Assembly: GCA_965222115.1 (NCBI GenBank)
Contig: CBDCTJ010000001.1
Coordinates: 192,001 to 256,000 of the forward strand
Direction: 5' to 3'
Length of the DNA: 64,000 nt
DNA from: Planctomycetota bacterium
GTDB lineage: Bacteria > Planctomycetota > PLA2 > JAEUHO01
Below, in pieces: positions 9,068-17,878 of the stretch. Each line of letters opens with the position of its first letter. Within the stretch, counting starts at the first letter, position 1. Made by a program: the position numbers and the translations under genes. The notes beneath the pieces were generated by a model that was not told the DNA's origin, ran no database searches, and worked only from the letters and a program-made list of their open reading frames with translations.

Positions 9068-10843
9068 TCACAAGTTCAGCCAACGTAAGGCAACGGCGGC
9101 GTGCCACCGTTTCGCCTCCGGAAAGGAGCCCGATGTCATGTCGGCGACCCAATCCGAACGTGCGCTAAGGGGTACATACCCGGCGGTCCAGTCTTCGTGG
9201 CGCTTGAAGAACGCCTTAGAGAAGTCAGGGTTTTGTGCCCATCGGCGCGTTCGCACGGCAGGTGGTACCCATCCGACATTCGCTGCCACCAGAGGTCCCT
9301 TGAAATAGGGGAGGTGGGCCCAATCCGCACCACGCAAAGCCAGTGACCAATCAACGATGCGCCGGTCTACGAATGGATACGTAACCGTGAGACCAAATGG
9401 TCGAGCCGATTGTGCGTACCGCTCAAATGCGCACGCGTAGTCATTGCCATTGAGCATTGCCGCCACACCATGCGGCGGCGGGAGGAACTTGGTGCGACGA
9501 AACGCGTCCGCTAGCCGCTCCCAAACCTGTGTTTCTTGAGCGAACTTCACCCGAATCATATCGCTACTACGCCGCTGCTTAAATGGTCTACGAAGTCCGG
9601 TGATGCGGCGCACGACAGAAGGCAAGAATGGACGCACAATCTGATGGATCACCGCCGATGGCAATGAACAGGAATATCCGTGGCGATAGGCTTGCAGCGT
9701 GCGTAGCGCCGACGGTACTCGGAGATGCCGGAGCAGAGCCCACGTTGTGGATTGGTTAACGGCCAGAAGCTCATCGGGCCCGATGCCAACCATGGCTTGC
9801 TTCATGCCTTTTCGGCCCGCGTGCCAAAACAGTCCGGCACGCAGTCCGGCTTGAGTCAACGCAAAAAGCGCATCACAATGCTTGAGCATTTCCCGAAACG
9901 GTTCGCTAAGAAACCCCGGGGTTTGAGGTGAAACAACATCACAAGGGCCGCTGTGACCAGTGAGCATGTTTCGCACAAATCGTGCATCGGGGCAGGTTTG
10001 CTCGTTAGATTCGACCGCCGAAAACGTGTGAATTGAGGCTCCCGCCGCCCTACTCGCGCCCAATAGCGTGCCCGAGTCAACGCCTCCACTTAGAAGTAGC
10101 CCCGTAGCGGGTTCGCCATGAATCCGACTGCGGATTGCATCCAAGATAAGCGGCCGCAAACTCTCTCCCATCTCCTTGGCATTTCGAAATCCGTGGGCGG
10201 TTTGAGGCTCAGCCCTCCACCATCGATGTTCCTTCTCGCGACCGGAAGGGTCAATAACAACGACGTGTGCCGGTGGAACGCGGGATACGCGTTGAAAAAA
10301 CGTTCGACGTGAATCGCTCCATTCGAGAGGTGGGACGAGGTAGTCAGCTACTCGGTAGGGATCGGGTGTCAGCGGAACGAATGGAGTACACCGAAACGCA
10401 TCGGGTGTTGATGCGAAAGCAATGAACTCGCTCCCTACGTGGTAGTAGAGCGGTCGAACAGCGAATATGTCCACGCCAATCATGAGCTCACGAGTCTGTG
10501 TGTCGAGTACCGCGAACGAGAAGTCGCCGTACATGTGTTTCGCGGCGTCCCGTCCATACGTCTCGTACGAAGCGAGGAACTCACTGGATAGCCCCCCCTT
10601 TGCATCCAAACCACGACGTGCACGGACCTCGTCGAGGTTGTCGATGCGCGCGTCGCACACGGCGACTCCTTTGGGGCTGGACGCGGGATCCTCAGTACCC
10701 GTCTGTCCCAAAGCCGCCCCATCGCACTCGTAAATGTGATACGCCCCGCCGAAGGGCGCGCTAACGCGTTGGCCCATTGCCTGCAAAACTTCGGAATCGA
10801 TCGGCGCGCCATCGAGTGAGACAATGCCGAAGATGCCAGACAT
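9068..10843 (-). CDS. Lasso peptide cyclase (asparagine synthetase-like) C1
   Basis: N-terminus MSGIFG (Ser replaces the AsnB catalytic Cys); DARIDN, GDFSFA, LLSGGVDS, GIGPDE, PFVDRRIVD; adjacent precursor. Confidence 0.8.
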   Translation of the reverse strand: MSGIFGIVSLDGAPIDSEVLQAMGQRVSAPFGGAYHIYECDGAALGQTGTEDPASSPKGVAVCDARIDNLDEVRARRGLDAKGGLSSEFLASYETYGRDAAKHMYGDFSFAVLDTQTRELMIGVDIFAVRPLYYHVGSEFIAFASTPDAFRCTPFVPLTPDPYRVADYLVPPLEWSDSRRTFFQRVSRVPPAHVVVIDPSGREKEHRWWRAEPQTAHGFRNAKEMGESLRPLILDAIRSRIHGEPATGLLLSGGVDSGTLLGASRAAGASIHTFSAVESNEQTCPDARFVRNMLTGHSGPCDVVSPQTPGFLSEPFREMLKHCDALFALTQAGLRAGLFWHAGRKGMKQAMVGIGPDELLAVNQSTTWALLRHLRVPSALRTLQAYRHGYSCSLPSAVIHQIVRPFLPSVVRRITGLRRPFKQRRSSDMIRVKFAQETQVWERLADAFRRTKFLPPPHGVAAMLNGNDYACAFERYAQSARPFGLTVTYPFVDRRIVDWSLALRGADWAHLPYFKGPLVAANVGWVPPAVRTRRWAQNPDFSKAFFKRHEDWTAGYVPLSARSDWVADMTSGSFPEAKRWHAAVALRWLNL

Positions 10844-11044
10844 AGACTGGTGCTCCGGGTTTTCGGGTTGCGACTAGGCTACAGATGCCGACACGCAGTC
10901 CGCAACCCAATCCATTGTGCCCGAACGCTCCAGGCAGAAGCTGCTATTTCAGTGTAGGCAGGATGAGGCAAAGCCGGATATCGACTGGCCGTAACCGTGT
11001 CCGATTCGGTGCGTTTTTACGTTGGCGCCAAGCTCGAGCCGTAA

Positions 11045-12172
11045 ATGATGCACCAGCGGTTCAAAATGAGGTGCGCCTTGGCCTACGTGAGAGAAGAGGT
11101 AGATTTCCGATCCTCAATCCGAATCTCCGTTGCAATGGGTACATACAATGGCGCACAGTTTCTATATGAGCAACTGGAGAGCCTCGCGTCGCAGCAAACA
11201 CTTCCGCTTGAATTGGTCGTATGCGACGACGACTCGCAAGACGCAACGCTGGATATTCTATCTGACTTTGCCTCATCGGCGCCATTCCCCGTACATGTCC
11301 ATCGGAACGAACACAGACTTGGTTTTACCAAGAATTTCTTGAGAGCTGCCAGCCTCTGCATAGGCGAGTGGGTGTCGTTTTGCGATCAAGATGATGTATG
11401 GCTACCCAACAAGCTCTCAAACGCGGCGAATGCCATTGTGCGCTACAAGGAGGCAAACTTGATTCTTCAGAAGGCGCACGTATGTGATGAGAATCTATCC
11501 AAGGCCGGCACACTATTTCCCACGGGATTTGCGGCTGGCGCCTATGGACCGCGGAAGATCTACGGCTTCTGGCTATGGCCTGGATTCTTACAGACAGTTC
11601 GGCGCGAGTTATTGAACTTGTCAGTGAACACGACCTTGCCGCCGAATTACGACTCAGGTATGCGACTGCAGTCGCACGACAAGTGGGTGTGCATGCTCGG
11701 CAATTCGTTGGGAGGAGTCGTCATACTCGCTCCTGCGTCGGCCTTGTATCGCCGACACCGGCGCACCGTTAGCAATAGCGGCGGCGCCCGATCTATGCGC
11801 CAACGCGTAAAAAAGTCGATATCTGTGGGAGCAAGTCGCTACCGATTTCTAGAGCAAGTTGCTATTGCATGTGGCAACCATTTGAGAGAGATAGCCGTCA
11901 CATCCAATCGGGAAGACTGGCGCAAAATGCTCCGCGCGTCCGCAGTCGCGTTCGACCGGCTTGCGGGTGTACAGGCGCGTCGGGCAACTATTCATGGAAG
12001 CCGCTCCATATTGACTCGAACGCGGCATTTCGGCTCGCTGCTCATACGGGGTGGCTACGTAGGTCCGACGTTTGTGGCGTCGGGGTGGAAGAGCGCGGCT
12101 AAGGATGTACTAGCTGTATTCACACCCTCACTGCTACGCCGGATGCGGAACTTCGGGAACGGAAAGAACTGA
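11045..12172 (+). CDS. Glycosyltransferase family 2 (start uncertain)
   Basis: ISVAMGTYNGAQFL, VCDDDSQD, FCDQDDVW, HD, YRRH motifs. Confidence 0.9.
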   Translation: MMHQRFKMRCALAYVREEVDFRSSIRISVAMGTYNGAQFLYEQLESLASQQTLPLELVVCDDDSQDATLDILSDFASSAPFPVHVHRNEHRLGFTKNFLRAASLCIGEWVSFCDQDDVWLPNKLSNAANAIVRYKEANLILQKAHVCDENLSKAGTLFPTGFAAGAYGPRKIYGFWLWPGFLQTVRRELLNLSVNTTLPPNYDSGMRLQSHDKWVCMLGNSLGGVVILAPASALYRRHRRTVSNSGGARSMRQRVKKSISVGASRYRFLEQVAIACGNHLREIAVTSNREDWRKMLRASAVAFDRLAGVQARRATIHGSRSILTRTRHFGSLLIRGGYVGPTFVASGWKSAAKDVLAVFTPSLLRRMRNFGNGKN

Positions 12173-12245
12173 ACCTAGTTACAACCGCGATACGATCAGG
12201 CCAACTCAGGCGTTGGAATCTCAAGAGGCGACACCGTCGGAAACG

Positions 12246-14054
12246 TCAGCACAAGATGGGACCCGAAGACTCCCAATGAAGAAGGCGCCAACTCTCAAGC
12301 GTTGAAACGTTCCAATACTCCGGCGATTCGAGGCGGGACGCAGAATGCTCGTTCTTCACCCACCCCGACCCACGCGCTGACTCGACGAGACCGGTCATCC
12401 ACTCGATTCGATTCGCATAGAGCGTCGTCTCGAAGTCCGGATTTCCGTCCTGAGCACGCGTTCGGACACTTTCGGGAACCCACGGTTTGGCAGCGGCTGC
12501 CAGGGGCGCCTTGACATGGGGCAACAAGGACCACGCACTGGCATCAAGGCCGAGCGCCCAGTCCACAATTCGCCGATCCACGTAGGGATGGGTGGGCACC
12601 ACGCCGAAGGGACGGGCCATTTGAGCGTAGCGCTCAAATGCGCAGGGAAAGTCACCGTCGTTTAATACGCGGGCAATGCACTCGCCTGCCGATGCGATCG
12701 GCTGAATGGGATACGCCTCGGCGAGTCGTTCGCGTACGCGAGTTTGGGTCGCCAGCCCCTTACTGATGAGGTGACCAATGCGACTCGCACGAACGGAACG
12801 AAGGGAGCGAATGATCCTCCGGATGGGGAAAGGAACCGCAGGTCGAAGAAGACGATGAAACAGCACGCTGCGCTTGGATCCACCGTAACTGCGATGGTAG
12901 GAGCGAAGCGTGCGTAAGGACTGACGCAGGCGCGCTCGACGTAGAAGCCACGACGGTGCGAATAAGGGGAGTCCCATGCACTCGTCGGGCCCTACGCCCG
13001 TCATGACGACGTCCACACCCTTCGTACCGGCATGAGCGAATAGAGAAGTTCGGAGACCTGCCTGCCCGAATACGAAGAGTGCATCGCAATTGGATAACAA
13101 CGTGTCGATGTGCGAACCCATGAGGCCCGGCATATCGGGTGTCAAGATCTCTGACGGACCCTCGTGTTGCTGAAGCACATCGCGTACATAACGAGCATCG
13201 GGACACTTCGTTTCGTCTCTCTCGATACCAGAAAACGTATGCAACGTGGCGCCGGCGGCGCGACTGGCGCCTAGCAACGTCCCGGAATCGAGCCCGCCGC
13301 TGAGCAAAAGCCCTGGGTGTTTGGCTTGCGATGCCCTGGAGCGAATGGCCTCCACAATCAGGGGTCGAAGACTCTCGCCCATCTCCTCTGCGCTTCGAAA
13401 CCGATGCGGCGTTCCGGGCTCCGCCTTCCACCACCGATATTCTCGTACTGTCGCGTCCGTTGCAATCGAGACGACATGTGCCGGTGGTACGCGTTTGACC
13501 GCACGGAAAAACGTGCGACGGCTCGTACTCCACTCCAGTGCGGGCACAAGGTAGTCGGCCACACGATAGAGATCGGGATCGAGTGGTACGTGGGGAACAT
13601 AGCGAAATGCGTCGGGCGTTGACGCAAACACGATCCACGCCTTGCCTACGTGAAAATACAGCGGCCGGGTAGCGAAGACATCGACACAGAGAACGAGCGT
13701 ACGCGACGTCGAGTCATACACAGCGAAGGCGAAGTCGCCGAACATAGACGTGCACGCGTCGCGCCCCCACTTCTCGTATGAGGCCAAAAACTCGCCGGAA
13801 AGGACGCTAGAAGATTCTGTGCCGAGCCGCGTACGTAGCTCGTTCAGGTTGTCAATCCGCGCATCACACACCGCGATACCGGCCGGACTTTCCGCGGGTA
13901 GCTCGCTGCCTACCTGACCGAGTGCTACACCCTTGGCGCGGTAGGTCTTGAACGCTCCGCCGAAGGGTGCTGCAACGTGACGGCCCAACGCTTGAAAAAC
14001 TGTCTCGTCAATGGGCGTACCGTCGCGTGCGATGATTCCGAAGATGCCGGACAT
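12246..14054 (-). CDS. Lasso peptide cyclase (asparagine synthetase-like) C2, paralog of C1
   Basis: MSGIFG start at 14054; DARIDN, LLSGGLDS, GVGPDE, PYVDRRIVD; colinear with 9068-10843. Confidence 0.8.
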   Translation of the reverse strand: MSGIFGIIARDGTPIDETVFQALGRHVAAPFGGAFKTYRAKGVALGQVGSELPAESPAGIAVCDARIDNLNELRTRLGTESSSVLSGEFLASYEKWGRDACTSMFGDFAFAVYDSTSRTLVLCVDVFATRPLYFHVGKAWIVFASTPDAFRYVPHVPLDPDLYRVADYLVPALEWSTSRRTFFRAVKRVPPAHVVSIATDATVREYRWWKAEPGTPHRFRSAEEMGESLRPLIVEAIRSRASQAKHPGLLLSGGLDSGTLLGASRAAGATLHTFSGIERDETKCPDARYVRDVLQQHEGPSEILTPDMPGLMGSHIDTLLSNCDALFVFGQAGLRTSLFAHAGTKGVDVVMTGVGPDECMGLPLFAPSWLLRRARLRQSLRTLRSYHRSYGGSKRSVLFHRLLRPAVPFPIRRIIRSLRSVRASRIGHLISKGLATQTRVRERLAEAYPIQPIASAGECIARVLNDGDFPCAFERYAQMARPFGVVPTHPYVDRRIVDWALGLDASAWSLLPHVKAPLAAAAKPWVPESVRTRAQDGNPDFETTLYANRIEWMTGLVESARGSGWVKNEHSASRLESPEYWNVSTLESWRLLHWESSGPILC

Positions 14055-14231
14055 GCCGCAGTTTTCGCTCCCACCACACGCGCGGGCACTCGGGCAGCCG
14101 CTATATTCGACGCAGTAGACCAAACCGAATTGTCTCGGGCGCACAACGAGTACGATAAGATCTTCTAATTCCTATCTCAACGGCAACGCGACTCAGTAAG
14201 CCCGCTCGATCATTCGTAACTACACATGCAT

Positions 14232-14375
14232 CTACGACATTTGCTTTTTCGGGGCATTGCCGTTTCCCTCTGCCTTTGACCCCGAGCCGCCCAGTGTGAG
14301 ATCCTCAATAGTCCCAAGCTGCCGAAGGATCGGCGAGGCGTACGACTTGGCTGGCGGTCTAGGAGCGGACTGCAT
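14232..14375 (-). CDS. Lasso peptide precursor A2 (47 aa); predicted core GGSGSKAEGNGNAPKKQMS
   Basis: MQSAPRPPAKSYASPILRQLGTIEDLTL|GGSGSKAE: YxxPxL, Gx5T with Thr at -2, Gly1, Glu8; GGAG RBS before ATG 14375. Confidence 0.88.
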   Translation of the reverse strand: MQSAPRPPAKSYASPILRQLGTIEDLTLGGSGSKAEGNGNAPKKQMS

Positions 14376-14635
14376 GTAGGTCTCCAGAAACGTAGACCGG
14401 GTACTTGAGACTTGCTGGCGCGTCAACAGGCTATCACAGCAACCTGGGGATCTTGAGAACTTAAGGAAAATGATGCCACCAAGAAGCATCGACAGGTGGT
14501 AGCAGCGCGTACATGTGCGTGTCGGTTGAGTTCGGCTGAATCCGTAGAGAACAGAACAATCGGTCGGTGCACGCGAAATCCTCAACGGCTTCCGCGAAAC
14601 ACCCGCGTGGCATGTAGCCGACCGCCATAGATTCG

Positions 14636-15628
14636 TTATGGTTTCGACCGAAACCACCACTTCGCTTCTACGTAGGCTCGCGCAAGCCCTATCGCCTCGC
14701 CGGGGCCCTCCAGTAACGAGATCTTTCGCATGAGCTGGCGTAGTCGCCCTGGCTCACGAAACTGAACCAGTTCGTCGGCTCCAGGAGCACATCGGGGGGA
14801 GACATCCTGAACCCGGGCCTCGTGCCGCCTCAACATATCCACCACAGCCAGGCTTGCGCGGATGGCCTTGCCGAGGCGAAACCTGTGGGCCCGATCAAGC
14901 AGGCGTTCGCGGCCGCCATCGCCAAGACGATACAGGAGACGCGAAGCGTCTACATAGGCGATGCACGGAACCCAGAACTGATGGCGCGATGCGTGAACCA
15001 AGTGAAATAGTGTTTCGTCTAAGGGGTCGAGGAGAAAGGTTGTGGGAGCGTCGGGCAGGGGTAGGGCACGTTGCCACACGTCGTTCAGGTCGATGCGGCT
15101 TCGGTAGGGCTGCGTAATGGAGCGGTGCAGGTCGATGCAACCCGTCCATGGCGCGGGTTGGCCGAGTGTCAATGCGTGGTGTGCCCTCGACAGTCCATGA
15201 AACTTGCCGTCGATGGTGTAGCCGAGTTCTTTGAGCGTGTCTGTTGCGCGTTGGAACTGCGCCTGGGGCACGAGAAGGTCGAGGTCGTCCATCGGTCGCA
15301 GGGCGGCATCAGCATAAATCGTACGGACATATGACGCGCCCTTGATGAGCGCGACTTTGACGGAAGCGTTGCCCAGCGCATCGAGTGCTTCGCGAAGTTG
15401 ACGTTCGCGCTCGAGTGCTTGGGCGGCACTTGCAATGAAGTCGTTTCGAAAAGCTTCATGCCCACGATGAAAGCATAGGGGCGCAAGCCGGTTGTGTCGG
15501 ACGAGGCCCACGGGCATAGGATGATCGTCGAGACGTGCGGAGTTTTCGTCCGCGGTCATGAGTAGCTGGAGCAAACGCCGCATTGCAGCGATGTCATGAT
15601 CAGCGACGTTAGGGTCCATGGAAGCCAA
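14636..15628 (-). CDS. Nucleotidyltransferase family protein (NTP_transf_5-like), common in lasso clusters
   Basis: LIKG...IY...RPMDDLDLLV...LGY...IDLH...HASRH pattern. Confidence 0.8.
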   Translation of the reverse strand: MASMDPNVADHDIAAMRRLLQLLMTADENSARLDDHPMPVGLVRHNRLAPLCFHRGHEAFRNDFIASAAQALERERQLREALDALGNASVKVALIKGASYVRTIYADAALRPMDDLDLLVPQAQFQRATDTLKELGYTIDGKFHGLSRAHHALTLGQPAPWTGCIDLHRSITQPYRSRIDLNDVWQRALPLPDAPTTFLLDPLDETLFHLVHASRHQFWVPCIAYVDASRLLYRLGDGGRERLLDRAHRFRLGKAIRASLAVVDMLRRHEARVQDVSPRCAPGADELVQFREPGRLRQLMRKISLLEGPGEAIGLARAYVEAKWWFRSKP

Positions 15629-15651
15629 TCATGGCGTAGGCCCCGATAGAG

Positions 15652-17568
15652 CTACGTCATCCCATACTTATCGAGCTTACGTTGGAGCGTAAATCGGGAG
15701 ATGCCAAGGAGGTCGGCGGCGCGGGTCTTGTTGTTGCTGGTGACGCGGAGGGCCTTTTCGATCTCGGTGCGCTCGACGTTTTCGACGAGTTCGATGATGT
15801 TGCGGACTTCGCCGTCGTCTTCGTCGGCAAGGCCTTTGGCGCCGCGTAAGACGTGATCGGAGAGATCCTGTTCATTGACGACATCGCCGGATAGCGCGAC
15901 CATGCGCTTGACTTCATTCTCAAGTTCGCGAATGTTGCCAGGCCAATCGTAGGCCGCGAGTATGTCGAGTACTCCATCGTCCAGTCGACGCACGGAACGG
16001 CGCTCGCGGGCGGCGTGACCGTGGAGGAAGTGATCCACGAGCAGTGGGATGTCTTCCTTGCGATCACGAAGAGGCGGGAGATCGACCGTGAGCACGCGCA
16101 GGCGGTAGAAAAGATCCTCGCGGAATTCGCCGGCACGAACCAAGCGATCGAGGCGCTTGTTGCTGGCACTGACGATACGCACGTCCACCTTGCGGACTCG
16201 CTTGCCCCCCACCGGCCGCACTTCGCCTTCTTGCAAGGTGCGCAGCAGCTTCTTCTGCATGTCGGGACTCATGTCGGCAACTTCGTCGAGGAAGAGCGTG
16301 CCCTTGTCGGCGAGTTCAAAAAGACCCTTCTTGTCGCGATCGGCACCGGTAAACGAACCGCGCACATGACCGAAGAGCTCACTCTCAAGCAACGTGTCGG
16401 TGAGTGCTGCGCAGTTCTCAGAAAGGAATGGAAGTTTGGCGCGCGGGCCATTGGCGTGAATCGCTTTGGCGATCAGTTCCTTGCCCGTGCCCGACTCACC
16501 CGTAATGAGAACCGGCTCGTCGGTAGCCACAATCTTGTCGAGCAGCCGCAACACGTCGCGCATGGCCTTGGAGCTACCGATGATCTTGGGATAGACGCCC
16601 TGTTGCTCACCCACGCTGCGTAGGCGATCACGCACCACATTGAGTTCGCGCGCTTGGCTGTCTACGCGATTCTCAAGACTGCGATTGAGCACTTCCAACT
16701 CGCGCAGATGGCGCTCGTTCTCTTCGTAGAGCGACGCGCGCTCAATTGCCGTGCCCGCGAGGTCGGCAAACGAAAGCAATACGTCTTGATTGCCGCTCTT
16801 GAACGCATCCATCTGGAGGCGATTGTCTACGTAGACAGCGCCGAGAATCTTGTCGCGCACGCGGAAGGGAAGACACATCACGCTGCGCGCACGAATCGCA
16901 TTGATCGACAGCGTGCCCGCAAAGCGATCGTCTTCGACGGCGTTGGCGGTCACGATCAGCTCGCCGCTCTTCATCACGCGATCCACGATGGATGCCGAGA
17001 ACGACGCTTCGGGGCTCTGGACGTCTTCCTGCTCGAAGTTTCGCGCGACGCGCACGCGCAGCTTGCCATCGGGTTCGGCGAGCACGAGGAAGCCACGCTC
17101 GGCGCCGGTGAGTTCAACCAAGTGGTCCATGACGATGCGGAGCAACGGGTCGAGGTGAAGCTGACTATTGAGTGCTTGGGCCACGCGCTGAAGGCGCTCG
17201 AGCTTGTCGGCGCCCTCGGTGTCGAGTCCCAACTCCTCGGGCGTTGAAATCATGGTCTGGCTGAGGCGCGGATCGTCGGGGGGCGGTGCCTCTTCGAAAA
17301 AGAGGCGAGCATTGCCCACGCCGATTTCGTCGCCACGTTTCAGGGACACGCGTTCGACAAGATGGCCGTTGAGTCGGGTGCCGTTTTGGCTGCCAAGGTC
17401 TACGAGGACGAACTGTTCCTTGTGGCGATCGACGCGGCAGTGCTCACGGGACGCGCGAAGATCCAGCACCGCGATGTCGCTTTCGGCCGCCCGGCCCACA
17501 ACGACCTGGGGCTGGTCGAGTTCAAACACGGTGCGCGTGTCGCGTTCGTCGAGGATGAACCGTGGCAC
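15652..17568 (-). CDS. FHA-GAF-sigma54 AAA+-Fis HTH transcriptional activator
   Basis: FHA (GR...SREH...SQNGT); GESGTGKE, ESELFGHVRGSFTGA, FLDEV, WPGNIRELEN; C-terminal HTH. Confidence 0.93.
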   Translation of the reverse strand: MPRFILDERDTRTVFELDQPQVVVGRAAESDIAVLDLRASREHCRVDRHKEQFVLVDLGSQNGTRLNGHLVERVSLKRGDEIGVGNARLFFEEAPPPDDPRLSQTMISTPEELGLDTEGADKLERLQRVAQALNSQLHLDPLLRIVMDHLVELTGAERGFLVLAEPDGKLRVRVARNFEQEDVQSPEASFSASIVDRVMKSGELIVTANAVEDDRFAGTLSINAIRARSVMCLPFRVRDKILGAVYVDNRLQMDAFKSGNQDVLLSFADLAGTAIERASLYEENERHLRELEVLNRSLENRVDSQARELNVVRDRLRSVGEQQGVYPKIIGSSKAMRDVLRLLDKIVATDEPVLITGESGTGKELIAKAIHANGPRAKLPFLSENCAALTDTLLESELFGHVRGSFTGADRDKKGLFELADKGTLFLDEVADMSPDMQKKLLRTLQEGEVRPVGGKRVRKVDVRIVSASNKRLDRLVRAGEFREDLFYRLRVLTVDLPPLRDRKEDIPLLVDHFLHGHAARERRSVRRLDDGVLDILAAYDWPGNIRELENEVKRMVALSGDVVNEQDLSDHVLRGAKGLADEDDGEVRNIIELVENVERTEIEKALRVTSNNKTRAADLLGISRFTLQRKLDKYGMT

Positions 17569-17878
17569 TGAACTCCCTTCTCGGTGTGGGCCGTCTTGAG
17601 GTGCCTCGTCACTGGCGAGGGGCCGATGAGGCGGCCCGTGCTTACGATATTTTTGCGGATCCTACCGAAGTGAATGCGCACGTGGGCGCGCATCACACCG
17701 CTATCTTAGGGGATGAGCGCGCGCCGTGTCGCGCCCTGCCAGGGCTCTTCCGGGCCGATGACGTGGTCGGCAAGTCCAAATCGTCTTGCTCGTCGAGTTG
17801 GGGGACCGCAGGGCTACAGTGCGCGTAGCGCTGGGCGGGCTCGATCCGCCTCGTTTTGTGCCCGCGAGGGAGTCGGCA

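Noticed and set aside
9068-14054. Ordinary glutamine-dependent AsnB or polysaccharide amidotransferases
   Set aside because: Both lack the N-terminal catalytic Cys and each adjoins a lasso-type precursor. An ammonia-dependent role cannot be fully excluded.
14464-14478. Sigma54 promoter upstream of precursor A2 (minus strand TGGCATCATTTTCCT)
   Set aside because: The -24 GG is present but the -12 GC is replaced by CC; too weak to call.
14376-14660. N-terminal extensions of the precursor ORFs (also 8854-8928)
   Set aside because: Internal ATGs with GGAG RBS give typical 47-48 aa precursors; the extensions have no RRE-like features.
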